Origin: a virus
Lineage: Duplodnaviria > Caudoviricetes
Length of the DNA stretch: 31,229 nucleotides
Strand: one strand, 5' to 3'
IMG/VR virus record: IMGVR_UViG_3300017747_000761
Coordinates: 1-31,229 of that record
The notes below the pieces were generated by a model. It saw only the letters and a program-made list of their open reading frames with translations, was not told where the DNA came from and ran no database searches. A program made the translations under genes and the position numbers. This document shows, in pieces, positions 8,698 through 16,190 of this stretch. Every line of letters starts with the position of its first letter. Position 1 is the stretch's first letter.

Positions 8698-10257
8698 TTA
8701 ACTATATTTTCCGTTTTTAGCCTGAATCTCGATTTTCTGAATGCTTAACGCTGCGCCATTGATGTCTGTTTCATATCCGGTCTGCACTAGCTTTCCAGCT
8801 CCAGAGGCAGATACCGTGAGCGTTTGAATCAGTTGTCCATTGCTGTAATACGAAACAGGCACCGCATTGGCTCCATACTGCGCTATACCGTATTCAGAAA
8901 TACCTTGCGTCGGGATCTGCGCGTTATCTGAAAGATAGTTTCCAGTCAGATCAAATGCCCACTTAAACGTTACCATTTGATTGGTGCCGCCAATCACAAC
9001 AATCGACAGGCGTTTCAGAATGGATGTCTGAGAAACATTGCCTAAGTCTGCATGGTTGGTGTAATACTGCATCCTGAAAGACGATCCGTCGTCTTGATAA
9101 CCGGAATACTTCATTACGTATCCGGTTTTACCAAACAGCAAATCTCCATTTGACCTGGAGCATAAAGACTTAGGGTCAATAGAATTCCAAACAGTGACGC
9201 GTAGGGAGCCGTCTTGTAGCTGCCCCCTAGTATCAAAGCAATAAATCTGTTTTACAGATGGCAGTGTCAGCAGGTAAAACGCATTGCGTTCAGAAAACAC
9301 AGCCTTAACCTTTGCCAAGTCCTCACCAGCAACAATGGACATCAAGTCGTTACGGACATTCTTGGAAAGATCCCTGAAAGGTAGCGACTTTTCCTGAATC
9401 GTCCTCATCAGCGACCGAATGCCAGTGTTCGACAGGAACAGAACGTCAGTGCCTATCGTCTTGGCTGTGTCCCTTGCGATACAGCCTGTTCCAATAATTG
9501 AGTCTTGGATGACAAGGTCTGCCGGAGTTGTTGCGTTTGCGTAAACAAGTATTTGGTTCCTGCCAAAAATAAACAGGAAGCCATTATGAGACGCCAACGC
9601 TTGGATTTCATCTACGCCCTCTCCCCACACCCTTGCAATGTCCAGGCTTCCAGAAGTTCCGGTATTCCAGACATGCCCTGCAAGAAGGTCGGAAAAGTAA
9701 ATGGTAGTCTTGTCAGTCGCAGTGTTAGCCGCCCATAATCTACCGTATGCGCTGATTACAATATCTGCGCTAGGAACTGTGCCAAGATAACCACTTTTCT
9801 CCGATACCCTGCGATACGTCGTGGTGCTCACAGCAGGGTCGTAGATTAAAGGGGCGTGGCCGGTCTGGAAGAAATACGCAATGTTATTGAGTGTTGCAAT
9901 GCACCAATTATTTGCGGTAATCGTAGGAGCTGTGCCACCACCGCCGTAAGTTAACTCAACGACCGCGTTACTAGAATCCAACTTAAACAACTTGTTGTTG
10001 GCGGCAAACAGGATGGTCTTGGTGCCATCATCCTCGATTAACTCATGCAAAGCCTGAATGTCATTAGAGCCAGCGGCACCGGTAGAGGAGTTGACTTTCG
10101 TATACCCTTTGCGAGCGCCAATGCGTCCGTATTGGTCAATAACGCAATTAGTTGCATTTAAGGCAAAGCCAGATGCTAAATCTAGTGGAGAGTCCTGGGT
10201 GTTTAACCCAAAGAATCCAGGTGCGGCAATGCTAAATATTTGTATATTTTGAGCCAT
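8698..10257 (-). CDS. tail tubular protein B / nozzle (P22 gp10, T7 gp12-like)
   Basis: 519 aa beta-rich protein with GLNTQDSP and IGTGCIARDT motifs. Synteny. Confidence 0.8.
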   Translation of the reverse strand: MAQNIQIFSIAAPGFFGLNTQDSPLDLASGFALNATNCVIDQYGRIGARKGYTKVNSSTGAAGSNDIQALHELIEDDGTKTILFAANNKLFKLDSSNAVVELTYGGGGTAPTITANNWCIATLNNIAYFFQTGHAPLIYDPAVSTTTYRRVSEKSGYLGTVPSADIVISAYGRLWAANTATDKTTIYFSDLLAGHVWNTGTSGSLDIARVWGEGVDEIQALASHNGFLFIFGRNQILVYANATTPADLVIQDSIIGTGCIARDTAKTIGTDVLFLSNTGIRSLMRTIQEKSLPFRDLSKNVRNDLMSIVAGEDLAKVKAVFSERNAFYLLTLPSVKQIYCFDTRGQLQDGSLRVTVWNSIDPKSLCSRSNGDLLFGKTGYVMKYSGYQDDGSSFRMQYYTNHADLGNVSQTSILKRLSIVVIGGTNQMVTFKWAFDLTGNYLSDNAQIPTQGISEYGIAQYGANAVPVSYYSNGQLIQTLTVSASGAGKLVQTGYETDINGAALSIQKIEIQAKNGKYS

Positions 10258-10910
10258 TACACAGCGACAAATTCTTGGGATTCAGGATAACGAGTCGCTT
10301 CCAGAGCGATGTAATCCGACAGCATTTGCCGGTAAAGCGCGTAAGCCTCAGAACTATTCAATCCACCGTCCTCGCCACGCTCAACCAATGCCCTAGCGTA
10401 AGCATTTTGAATAACCAACTCAGAGGGAACCTGAATGACAGTGGCATCACTGGATAAGTCGGCCTGAGGAATAATGACCGAAAACTTAAGCGAGTAAGCG
10501 GTGTCAGGGACCGGGAATAGGCTTACTTTGGTGTCGTAATTGATATCAACACCATTAAACGCGTAGTATGTAGGAATGGTCTGAGCAGGGCTGCCAAAGC
10601 TCAAAAACCTATTCATCTCGACATAGGACACATTCTGCAAAGGCGTTTCTGCGGTCACGTTGATCGCATCAATCACCCGAAACTTCAAGCCACTTCCGGT
10701 AACAGCGTAGGTGCTAGTACCAGCAACGGTAGACACCGTGACATTACTAAGCAGGACGTTCCAGTTGTAGGCGTCTTCTACATTACGTTTGGCATCATTG
10801 ACAAACTTGCCAATGAGAGCAGAATACGTGGTTTGGGATACCGTTGAGACTTGAGCCTCACGCAACCTAACCAAAACATCATTAACCGCTTGTAAGTAGG
10901 TTGTACTCAT
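10257..10910 (-). CDS. head-tail adaptor / tail tubular protein A
   Basis: TYLQAVNDVLVRLRE, VNDAKRNVEDAYNW and FPVPD motifs. Precedes the nozzle gene. Confidence 0.8.
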   Translation of the reverse strand: MSTTYLQAVNDVLVRLREAQVSTVSQTTYSALIGKFVNDAKRNVEDAYNWNVLLSNVTVSTVAGTSTYAVTGSGLKFRVIDAINVTAETPLQNVSYVEMNRFLSFGSPAQTIPTYYAFNGVDINYDTKVSLFPVPDTAYSLKFSVIIPQADLSSDATVIQVPSELVIQNAYARALVERGEDGGLNSSEAYALYRQMLSDYIALEATRYPESQEFVAV

Positions 10911-11242
10911 TCTCGTTGGTTTCCTTTAAGAAGAAGCGTCAAAATCACGGTAAACGTACTACCGGCTTCTGGCGTAACTCTGACTTGATCGCCTTCCTCA
11001 AGCACTACTAAAGCATTGCCATCTAGCGTTAAATAATCTTTGGCATTGAAGTTGTACTGACTAAGAATATCGTAAGTCAGCGTTGCACTAGAGTCATACC
11101 AAGTAAGTGTCAAGTTCTTGGTAGAACCAGAAGTGTTGTGCATATAGGAAAGATTCCAGAGGGCGCGATAACCAGTCGGCACTGTGTACAGTGTCGAGGT
11201 TGTTCCTGCGGTGGGAGTTGCGCCTACAGAATATTCCCGCAT
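10907..11242 (-). CDS. small virion structural protein
   Basis: TLYTVP...LVVLEEGDQVRV beta-sandwich pattern. AAGGA RBS and ATGA coupling. Confidence 0.65.
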   Translation of the reverse strand: MREYSVGATPTAGTTSTLYTVPTGYRALWNLSYMHNTSGSTKNLTLTWYDSSATLTYDILSQYNFNAKDYLTLDGNALVVLEEGDQVRVTPEAGSTFTVILTLLLKGNQRE

Positions 11243-11310
11243 CGTTGTCCTTTGTGGTTAGGAGGCCCGGATGCGGGTTGTCACCTGGATATATAAGGAA
11301 AATAACAGAA

Positions 11311-11961
11311 TTACAGAGACTTTACCACTTTATTTTGATTGGCTATAGCAGTACACATTTCGATAAATGTGCCCTGATTATATTTATTCTTGCACATATT
11401 TACCATAATATGAACCCACTGCACATTGTTTAATTCATATGGTTTTTTTGAATCAATACGATCAAAACTGGCCGTACAATTTTTGGCGTCCATGCTTATA
11501 TTCCAGCCACTTAAAGCACATTTTCCAGTAAAGCACTTAATAAATTGTTCGTAATTAATTTCCCAGGCAATTCTTCTGGTATTAGCTGATTTTCTAAAAC
11601 GATTATATAAACGCCTTTTATTTCCAATTGCTTGGTTATTTGAAAACCCTTTTTGTTTAGCAATGCATGCTTTACATTGCCAGTCTGCAAGTTCACTTTG
11701 TTTGGCGTGATCTTTTCTAGTGTAGGCTTGTTCTATTCCGCAACATGAGCAGGTTGAACACCATTTCCCATGACTGTTTTTATATATATTAATTATGCCA
11801 TCAACATTGCGGTAGTCTCTTTTGCAATAGCGACACGCATTTCTAGCAACCATCTTATAAGCAGATGATTTTGTGGAAAACAAACTAACTTTCCCACAAT
11901 AACAAATGGCTTTCCATTTGTTTTGATACGGCTCAATTCTAGAATCCGTTATTGGCAACAT
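11311..11961 (-). CDS. free-standing His-Me finger (HNH-like) homing endonuclease
   Basis: C-terminal CALSG...ASFDRIDSKKPYELNNVQWV..VNMCK, several N-terminal CxC/CxxC pairs, visibly AT-richer than neighbours. Likely start MLPITD at 11961. Confidence 0.75.
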   Translation of the reverse strand: MLPITDSRIEPYQNKWKAICYCGKVSLFSTKSSAYKMVARNACRYCKRDYRNVDGIINIYKNSHGKWCSTCSCCGIEQAYTRKDHAKQSELADWQCKACIAKQKGFSNNQAIGNKRRLYNRFRKSANTRRIAWEINYEQFIKCFTGKCALSGWNISMDAKNCTASFDRIDSKKPYELNNVQWVHIMVNMCKNKYNQGTFIEMCTAIANQNKVVKSL

Positions 11962-12274
11962 AATTAATATACTCAATACCACTTATGAATGGTATCAGTA
12001 TAATCCATTTTGTCTTGTCACTCCACCACGCCGCACTTAACTTACCTTTGGCGATGTTTTTAGCGTGACGAGCCTTAAATGATTTCCGTCTAGCCTTGTC
12101 GGCAGCAGATTCTCCAGCTTTTACCGGAGATCCAGATACCCCCTGCTGCCCAAAACGAATCAATTTAACTGTTTCGCCGGACTTCGCCAAAACAGCGTGG
12201 CTTTTGGTCGGATGACCAGGAGTCCTCTTTGGTTTATTAAATCCAGAGAAAGACTCTTTGCCACGTTTAATCAT
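11939..12274 (-). CDS. small basic phage protein (KLIRFGQQG...FKARH...AAWW type)
   Basis: Recognisable basic motif set. ATGA-coupled to the upstream ORF. C-terminus runs into the endonuclease insert. Confidence 0.8.
   Translation of the reverse strand: MIKRGKESFSGFNKPKRTPGHPTKSHAVLAKSGETVKLIRFGQQGVSGSPVKAGESAADKARRKSFKARHAKNIAKGKLSAAWWSDKTKWIILIPFISGIEYINYVANNGF
11969..12001 (-). promoter_or_regulatory. RNA hairpin over the translation initiation region of the endonuclease
   Basis: Minus strand ATACT-GATACCAT...GTGGTATT-G-AGTAT pairs into a stem ending 7 nt before the ATG. Confidence 0.55.
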
Positions 12275-12420
12275 TTGCGACCTCGTTTAACGGTCTTTTT
12301 AGAGGCTTTAAAAGCGGCGGCAGTGGGTGCGCCTTTAGTTCCGGGTTTCCGCATCTTTTCGCCGCTGCCAGCCTTGATCCTGGCGCGTTTGGCGTGGATG
12401 TTTGCGTATAAGCCTTTCAT
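12271..12420 (-). CDS. small basic protein, 49 aa (not in ORF track)
   Basis: MKGLYANIHAKRARIKAGSGEKMRKPGTKGAPTAAAFKASKKTVKRGRK* with ATGA overlaps at both ends. Confidence 0.8.
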   Translation of the reverse strand: MKGLYANIHAKRARIKAGSGEKMRKPGTKGAPTAAAFKASKKTVKRGRK

Positions 12421-12572
12421 TTCTTTTTCCTCTTTGCCATGCCTGCTTCAGAAAGGGCGATAGCAACAGCTTGTTTGCGAGACTTAACAACCGGGCCTTT
12501 TTTACCAGAATGAAGCTCCCCGGCTTTGTATTCACGCATCACTTTCGCCACTTTCTTCTGATTCTTCTTCAT
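12417..12572 (-). CDS. small basic protein, 51 aa, DUF6496-like (not in ORF track)
   Basis: MKKNQKKVAKVMREYKAGELHSGKKGPVVKSRKQAVAIALSEAGMAKRKKK* carries the KQAVAIALSEA motif. Confidence 0.8.
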   Translation of the reverse strand: MKKNQKKVAKVMREYKAGELHSGKKGPVVKSRKQAVAIALSEAGMAKRKKK

Positions 12573-12966
12573 ATTCGCTCCGAGTGATAGGGCCACCGAC
12601 TAACCAAGCATCGCAAGTGCGGTCGGCAGCACACTTGAAATGGAACAATTCACAATAGCCAAGTTTTGCGGCTTCCATGACTTGTTCTTCGTAGCCATTG
12701 GATTCTTCGCCATGCTCCATACCAGAAGAGATGCACTCCATCATCTCTGGAGTCTGGATAAACGCAGCGCAGTTACCGCACCGCATTTTCTTTACTTCGT
12801 CGGTAGGAGAGTTATACATTTTGGCTTTTTTCAGCCAAAAGGCTTCATTCGGCTCCATCGGATTAGCAGGGCCGTATCCGTATTCCTTAAACGCATGATT
12901 CCGGTTCTTGAGGTTGATCTCAATATCTTGCGTTGCAACAGGACACTGATAGCCAAATAAACCCAT
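12532..12966 (-). CDS. Cys-rich protein with HiPIP-like Cys pattern
   Basis: RCGNCAAF...GYCELFHFKCAADRTCDAW, acidic tail, AAGGA RBS. Confidence 0.7.
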   Translation of the reverse strand: MGLFGYQCPVATQDIEINLKNRNHAFKEYGYGPANPMEPNEAFWLKKAKMYNSPTDEVKKMRCGNCAAFIQTPEMMECISSGMEHGEESNGYEEQVMEAAKLGYCELFHFKCAADRTCDAWLVGGPITRSEYEEESEESGESDA

Positions 12967-12975
12967 GATTATTCC

Positions 12976-13164
12976 TTAAAGTTTCTTAGGTCTGCCAATC
13001 TTCTTTTTTGGCGCAAACATCGGAATATTTACCCGCTCTTGGGGCTTTTCTTGTTCTTCAACATCTACACGGACATAACCAGCATGACCACGCATTGATT
13101 CAATGTCATGCGCTAGTACAAACTCTACCAGATTGCCACTTTGCAGACATTTAAATACAGCCAT
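12976..13164 (-). CDS. small hypothetical protein with GRP (AT-hook-like) tail
   Basis: Start MAVFKCLQSG at 13164 after GAGG. Ends PKKKIGRPKKL. Confidence 0.7.
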   Translation of the reverse strand: MAVFKCLQSGNLVEFVLAHDIESMRGHAGYVRVDVEEQEKPQERVNIPMFAPKKKIGRPKKL

Positions 13165-13176
13165 CTTTTCCTCTCG

Positions 13177-13201
13177 AAAAAAACGGGGGCCGAAGCCCCC
13201 G
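13177..13201 (-). terminator. Rho-independent terminator after capsid/decoration genes
   Basis: CGGGGGC-TTCG-GCCCCCG followed by T7 on the minus strand. Confidence 0.9.
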
Positions 13202-13204
13202 CCT

Positions 13205-13531
13205 TTAGTCAACCATCCTAGCGACAACAACCCGAACGGTAGCGGAAGCCAGATCTACGGCACCACCGGATTCATTCTGGTAACGCAGGGAAACCACGTT
13301 ACTAGCACTGACATACGGCGTAACCGTAATACCGGCCAGATCAACCGAGGAAGAAAAACCGATAACCATATCCCCAAGACGCACACCGGGAACAGCAATG
13401 GTATTGGTTTCACCGGCACCGTCAGCCAAGTTGCTGGCATTCAGAAGGCAGGAAACTTCCCAGGTATCACTATAAACACCACGGAACTGGTCGTTACCGC
13501 GACGCGAAACTACAGAGGTAGCAGCAGGCAT
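13205..13531 (-). CDS. capsid decoration / cement protein
   Basis: Directly after the major capsid gene with a strong AGGAG RBS. TIAVPGVRLGDMV...YVSASNVV beta motif. Confidence 0.7.
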   Translation of the reverse strand: MPAATSVVSRRGNDQFRGVYSDTWEVSCLLNASNLADGAGETNTIAVPGVRLGDMVIGFSSSVDLAGITVTPYVSASNVVSLRYQNESGGAVDLASATVRVVVARMVD

Positions 13532-13553
13532 TTAATCTCTCCTAAAACAGTGG

Positions 13554-13582
13554 AAAAATCCCCCCCCATCTCTGAGGGGGGA
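13554..13582 (-). terminator. terminator-like hairpin between capsid and decoration genes
   Basis: TCCCCCC...GGGGGGA followed by T5 on the minus strand. Probably partial, since the next gene must be expressed. Confidence 0.55.
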
Positions 13583-13587
13583 CTGTA

Positions 13588-14559
13588 TTAGGCCGGGACA
13601 GCCAGAGCAAACGCCGAGCTGGACAGCGCAGCACCAACGGTAGCAGCGGTACGCATGGCTTTCACACCATACAGGGTATCGGCGGTGTACAGCGTCGCCA
13701 GATATTCCTGCTTGTACTGAGTCTGCGAACGGATGCCGAGTTGCTCAACCAGAACCATCGAATCACGATGACCCATCAGGCAGATGCGATCCGTGTTGGT
13801 GTTACCCGCGCCGATGTCGGCGTTGCTGGTAACAAACACGGGGATGCCATACAGGTTACCGATTTCGCCGTTGCGGATCGCGTTGGCCGAACCAGCCTCA
13901 CCCGTGAACGCCTGTTCCGTGTAGCGAGCAAGACCCATGAGGGTATTGCGGCTCGACGGCGGGATGATGAAGAAACGACCGTCCATCGGGGTGTCGTTGT
14001 CATCTAGGCGTTGAATGGTGCGGCGGATCGCGGCGTCGGTCAGGGCAGCGGCGTTCGAGGTGGTGCTGTTATACGCGGTCGTACCGTCAGAGCCGATGTA
14101 GGCTTTGGTGGAGGTATTGGAGGTCGCGTAGTCGTCGGTGCCAACGGTAGCGCCGTTGAAGGCACGACCAAGTTGGATCAGGTCGGTGTCAACCTGACGA
14201 GCAAGGGCGTAACCGGCGTCTTCCGTGTAGAAAGAACGCAGGCTCGACAGAGCTTGCACTTCAACGATATCCTCGATGAAACGCGAGTATTCATAGTGCT
14301 TGTTAATCAGCACCTGAACTTCGGTTTCGGTCGCCGCAATCAGGGTCACGGCGGTCGAGGCAGCTTTCACGCTGGCCGAGCCACGGGTCGGGGCCGGAAC
14401 GTGAACGGTGTCACCTTTTTTGCCCTTGAAGTTCATCCGCTTGACCAGGTTCGCCGCCACAAGGTTTTTCTTGTAGGCAGCGACAATCTCGTCACTCCAG
14501 ATTTCCGGGATAAAGGTTGCTGCGGTGGTGGTAGTTACTGCAGGGGTAGGAAACGGCAT
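13588..14559 (-). CDS. major capsid protein (HK97 fold)
   Basis: FIPEIWS, KGDTVHVP, GEIGNLYGIPVFVT and DTLYGVK motifs. AGGAG RBS and strongly biased codons. Confidence 0.92.
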   Translation of the reverse strand: MPFPTPAVTTTTAATFIPEIWSDEIVAAYKKNLVAANLVKRMNFKGKKGDTVHVPAPTRGSASVKAASTAVTLIAATETEVQVLINKHYEYSRFIEDIVEVQALSSLRSFYTEDAGYALARQVDTDLIQLGRAFNGATVGTDDYATSNTSTKAYIGSDGTTAYNSTTSNAAALTDAAIRRTIQRLDDNDTPMDGRFFIIPPSSRNTLMGLARYTEQAFTGEAGSANAIRNGEIGNLYGIPVFVTSNADIGAGNTNTDRICLMGHRDSMVLVEQLGIRSQTQYKQEYLATLYTADTLYGVKAMRTAATVGAALSSSAFALAVPA

Positions 14560-14575
14560 GGTTTAATCTCCTAAA

Positions 14576-15328
14576 TTAACGTACGCGACCCTCTGAGTAT
14601 GCTTGCATGATTTCATCAGCAAGTGCTTCATACCTTTGAGGATCAGTCATTTTCAAACGGATAAGGTCTGCCCTGCGATAGACTCGTTTAGAAGATTCAC
14701 CCGAACCACCAACATCAACGGAAGCCGCCTTCAGAGCCTGTTTACGGACTTTTTCTCCGCTTTGCTCCGTCTTTTTGGCGTTGATTCCTTTAATTTGCTT
14801 GTAGGTAGAAAGCAGCTCGTTTGCGCTATCGTAGTCATACTCAGCGTCAGCTTTGGCCCACAGGTCTAACCTGACTTTGCTGGACTTCACCCATTCCGCA
14901 AACTGCGGGTCACGGGCAACATCCATGTAATCAGGGTGTTCCTTGTTGAGTTGTTGCTGAATCTGCAACTTCTTCAGTTCTAACGCAGCCTGCCTTGCGG
15001 CGACCACATCAGGATGACTAGAAACAGTGCTTGCAATTGCTTTCTTGGGGTCTTCAAAAAAATCTACTTCAGGCTCTTTTTGCTCAGTAGTTTTTTGACC
15101 AACAAGGTTTTGCTTGATCAGATCATCAGCAAGTTTCCGAACTTCACCAACTTCTTGGGCCTGTTTTCCAATCAGCTTCTCAGCCTCTTGGTGCATCTTG
15201 ATAATGTCGTCCAGAGATTTACCCTTGTACTTCTCAGGGATATCCGAACTTACTTCTTCAACGGTGCTTGCCAGGTCAGAAACTTCACTAACGTCTTCAA
15301 GAACCTCGTTTTCCTTGTCAACTAACAT
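14576..15328 (-). CDS. capsid scaffolding protein
   Basis: Acidic N-terminus, IPEKYKGKS motif and C-terminal IMQAYSEGRVR. Directly upstream of the capsid gene. Likely start MLVDKEN. Confidence 0.8.
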   Translation of the reverse strand: MLVDKENEVLEDVSEVSDLASTVEEVSSDIPEKYKGKSLDDIIKMHQEAEKLIGKQAQEVGEVRKLADDLIKQNLVGQKTTEQKEPEVDFFEDPKKAIASTVSSHPDVVAARQAALELKKLQIQQQLNKEHPDYMDVARDPQFAEWVKSSKVRLDLWAKADAEYDYDSANELLSTYKQIKGINAKKTEQSGEKVRKQALKAASVDVGGSGESSKRVYRRADLIRLKMTDPQRYEALADEIMQAYSEGRVR

Positions 15329-15375
15329 ACCTTTCCCGCCTTTCTGGTTGTGGGAGATTAAACTCGCCAAATTGG

Positions 15376-15603
15376 TTATGAGTTTGAACGACGCTCCGCC
15401 TTCAGCTTTTCACGATGAATCCGGTCAAACTTACCGTGAGCGGTAGGAAATGAGCCAGACCATCCTTCCAATTTGATAAACGGAGTAGAAATTACGCGGT
15501 TTGCTGCCGCGCCACAGTCACACTCAACGCTATTGTGTTGATAATCAACGTAGCGTTCGACACGATGCCCATTAACACAGGCAAATTCATACATTCTTTT
15601 CAT
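15376..15603 (-). CDS. FmdB-like zinc-ribbon protein
   Basis: MYEFACVNGH...CDCGAAANRVIS motif. Confidence 0.75.
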   Translation of the reverse strand: MKRMYEFACVNGHRVERYVDYQHNSVECDCGAAANRVISTPFIKLEGWSGSFPTAHGKFDRIHREKLKAERRSNS

Positions 15604-15826
15604 TCAGTTCCTCGTAAGCCATCGAGCTGATCTCTTTGAGATTTTTCAGCCATGTCAAGATGCTTAACTCGCCCTGTTTATACTTTAATTGAGAATCGTT
15701 TTCAATGACACTTATATTGTTAAGCGAATTTATCATATTGTCCACATCTTCTATAAGGTCTTTCCACCCTTCGGTAGCCATCATAGAAAAGCGGCTTTCG
15801 TAGTATTTCTGCAGTTCAGGTGTCAT
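15587..15826 (-). CDS. conserved small head-module protein
   Basis: GWKDLIED...YKQGELSIL pattern typical of small genes between portal and scaffold. Confidence 0.7.
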   Translation of the reverse strand: MTPELQKYYESRFSMMATEGWKDLIEDVDNMINSLNNISVIENDSQLKYKQGELSILTWLKNLKEISSMAYEELNEKNV

Positions 15827-15858
15827 TTAAGTGTCGTGTTAGTTTAATTGTTTGCTGC

Positions 15859-16182
15859 TTAGGCCCACGGCAGGGGCGGGGTTATCACAGGTGGGTACTT
15901 TTTGCTTTCAATCTGCTGTTTAACAGAATCTTCAGTAGCGGCTTGATCCACTCCAGACGCCCAAATCCAGCCAAGTACCTGGTCTTGGGTCAGATTTTCA
16001 TAGGGCGTAAACGGTGTGTCTGGGGCGATAGTGACTGCGCAGGTTGAGTAAACTTGTGCATTGTAGTCACCATCCACTCCGTTACATTGCCAGTGAACGT
16101 TAAAGACAACATCTGTGTGACCGGACTCCTGTGGGTAGCAGTCCAATTGAGAAATGTTCCAAGTAATAGTCGTCATGGTCAA
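15859..16182 (-). CDS. fibre-associated protein (possible chaperone)
   Basis: ITWNISQLDC...DVVFNVHW...FTPYENLTQDQVLGW...PLPW pattern found next to fibre genes. Confidence 0.65.
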   Translation of the reverse strand: MTMTTITWNISQLDCYPQESGHTDVVFNVHWQCNGVDGDYNAQVYSTCAVTIAPDTPFTPYENLTQDQVLGWIWASGVDQAATEDSVKQQIESKKYPPVITPPLPWA

Positions 16183-16190
16183 TCCTTCAC

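Noticed and set aside
10660-10672. TTGAT-N3-ATCAA as an FNR box
   Set aside because: Spacing is wrong (FNR needs N4) and it lies inside a structural gene.
11243-12004. Group I intron around the endonuclease
   Set aside because: Non-coding flanks are only about 40 and 70 nt, too short for a ribozyme core, and no downstream exon is apparent.
13741-14574. Long plus-strand ORFs antisense to the capsid gene
   Set aside because: Shadow ORFs expected from the biased codon use of a highly expressed gene. No RBS or protein-like features.
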